Below, piece by piece: positions 62,840-64,000 of a stretch of 64,000 nucleotides of DNA. The translations under genes were made by a program, and so were the position numbers. The stretch is from Gammaproteobacteria bacterium (GTDB lineage Bacteria; Pseudomonadota; Gammaproteobacteria; Eutrophobiales; Eutrophobiaceae). The first letter of the stretch is position 1. Each line of letters starts with the position of its first letter. Below the pieces are notes generated by a model. The model was given only the letters and a program-made list of their open reading frames with translations. It had not been told where the DNA came from and made no database searches. The stretch lies in NCBI GenBank assembly GCA_965261165.1, contig OZ253445.1:845987-909986 (forward strand), read 5' to 3'.

Positions 62840-64000
62840 ATTTTGCGGAATTTTTTGCTGGTGCAAGTGGACTGGGTGAGGGGTTTATATCAGAAGGATT
62901 TAATCCAATAGCAACGGTAGAGATAAATAAACATTGCTGTGAAACATTAAAGACCCGCTCGGCATACCATTATTTAATGAACAATAATAATGCAGATACT
63001 TACAATGATTATCTTAAAGGAAAAATTAATAAAGATGCTTTATATGCGCAAATTCCAAAAGAGGTTTTAAGCCAAACGATACATCGGGAAATAAATAAAG
63101 CCAACATGCAAGGCATAAAGGACAGCATACGAGAGCAACTGGGTAGCCAGAAATTGGATGTCATATTAGGTGGACCTCCTTGTCAAGCCTATTCAATAAT
63201 TGGGAAATTTAAAAACGGCTATAAAGCAAATGACCATCGGCTTTATTTGTATAAATTTTACATCTCTTTTTTGAAAGAATTTCAACCAAAGATATTTTTA
63301 TTTGAAAATGTTTTAGGGCTTCTATCGCTGGATAAAGGAAATTTATTTAACACTATCAAACAAGAATTTGAAAAAGTAGGCTATAACATCGCCTATAAAG
63401 TATTGGATGCTAGTCAGTACGGCGTATTACAAAAAAGAAAAAGAGTTATATTGGTAGGTATAAAAAAAGGTTTAGGTATAGCGTTTAATTTTGATGAAAT
63501 GGTAGAAACAAAAAACCAATATTTTGTTAAAGATTTATTACAAGATTTGCCTCAATTGCAGGCTGGAAAACATTCAACGAAATACGCCGCTGAAACTAAT
63601 GATTATCTTAAAAAATTTAATATCAGAAACGAACAAGACAATATTCTAACGTGCCACCAATCAAGACCGCACAATGAAAGAGATTTAGAGATTTATAAAA
63701 TAGTTGTTCAGTCGTGGAATAAAGGCAAAGAAAGGTTGAAGTATAGTAAGTTGCCTAATGAATTAATAACCCATAAGAATATAAAATCTTTTTTAGATCG
63801 CTTTAAGGTGGTTGCTGACAATATGCCATATAGCCATACTATGGTGGCACACATTGCTAAAGACGGACATCATTACATCCACCCTGACATCAAGCAAAAT
63901 AGAAGTTTGACGGTAAGAGAGGCGGCAAGAATACAGTCTTTCCCAGATAATTATTTTTTTGAAGGACCAAGAACCGCACAATTTACGCAGGTTGGAAATG
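62836..64000 (+). CDS. DNA (cytosine-5)-methyltransferase (3' end outside window)
   Basis: Open frame from ATG 62836 (or 62824) to the window end; motif I FAGASGLGEGF; motif IV GGPPCQAYS (about 63169-63189); motif VI LFENV (63301-63312); ...QFTQVGN near the end; its start overlaps the stop of the upstream methyltransferase (ATGA). Confidence 0.85.
   Translation, partial: MNFAEFFAGASGLGEGFISEGFNPIATVEINKHCCETLKTRSAYHYLMNNNNADTYNDYLKGKINKDALYAQIPKEVLSQTIHREINKANMQGIKDSIREQLGSQKLDVILGGPPCQAYSIIGKFKNGYKANDHRLYLYKFYISFLKEFQPKIFLFENVLGLLSLDKGNLFNTIKQEFEKVGYNIAYKVLDASQYGVLQKRKRVILVGIKKGLGIAFNFDEMVETKNQYFVKDLLQDLPQLQAGKHSTKYAAETNDYLKKFNIRNEQDNILTCHQSRPHNERDLEIYKIVVQSWNKGKERLKYSKLPNELITHKNIKSFLDRFKVVADNMPYSHTMVAHIAKDGHHYIHPDIKQNRSLTVREAARIQSFPDNYFFEGPRTAQFTQVGN

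Overview
This window is mostly core chromosome of a moderately AT-rich Gram-negative bacterium (by gene content probably gammaproteobacterial, an inference), followed by a roughly 10-kb defence island. The last ~10 kb are accessory DNA. Core content includes:
- glyoxylate shunt and TCA genes: glcB with glcG, icd, aceK, aceA, acnB, and a GTP-type PEP carboxykinase;
- a complete aa3-type cytochrome c oxidase biogenesis cluster: coxB, coxA, a small ORF, ctaG, coxC, DUF2909, SURF1, ctaB, SCO1;
- lgt, thyA and folA;
- apaG and apaH;
- miaB, phoH, ybeY, corC and lnt;
- serA and serB;
- clpS and clpA;
- argA, argE and ilvD;
- mnmA;
- a tRNA-Met.
The accessory region (about 53.9 kb to the window end) holds:
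- a gene-fragment graveyard after ilvD (a moeB C-terminal remnant and an unknown fragment);
- a 1108-aa fusion of a single-HKD phospholipase-D-family nuclease with an SNF2 helicase, flanked by inverted copies of a MITE-like repeat;
- a vapBC toxin-antitoxin pair translationally coupled to a 1207-aa MmeI/PglX-family gamma-class N6-adenine methyltransferase, whose coding sequence contains an in-frame tandem array of a REP-like 21-bp repeat;
- an overlapping C5-cytosine methyltransferase that runs off the end of the window.
Together these look like an incompletely seen DISARM- or BREX-like, or otherwise undescribed, helicase-nuclease-methyltransferase defence module.
Several housekeeping genes (serA, apaH and a NUDIX gene) carry frameshifts and in-frame TGA codons, although TGA is clearly a stop in neighbouring genes; this indicates either pseudogenisation or assembly errors.
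A second degraded mobile remnant (an IS256-family transposase fragment) lies next to the tRNA-Met.
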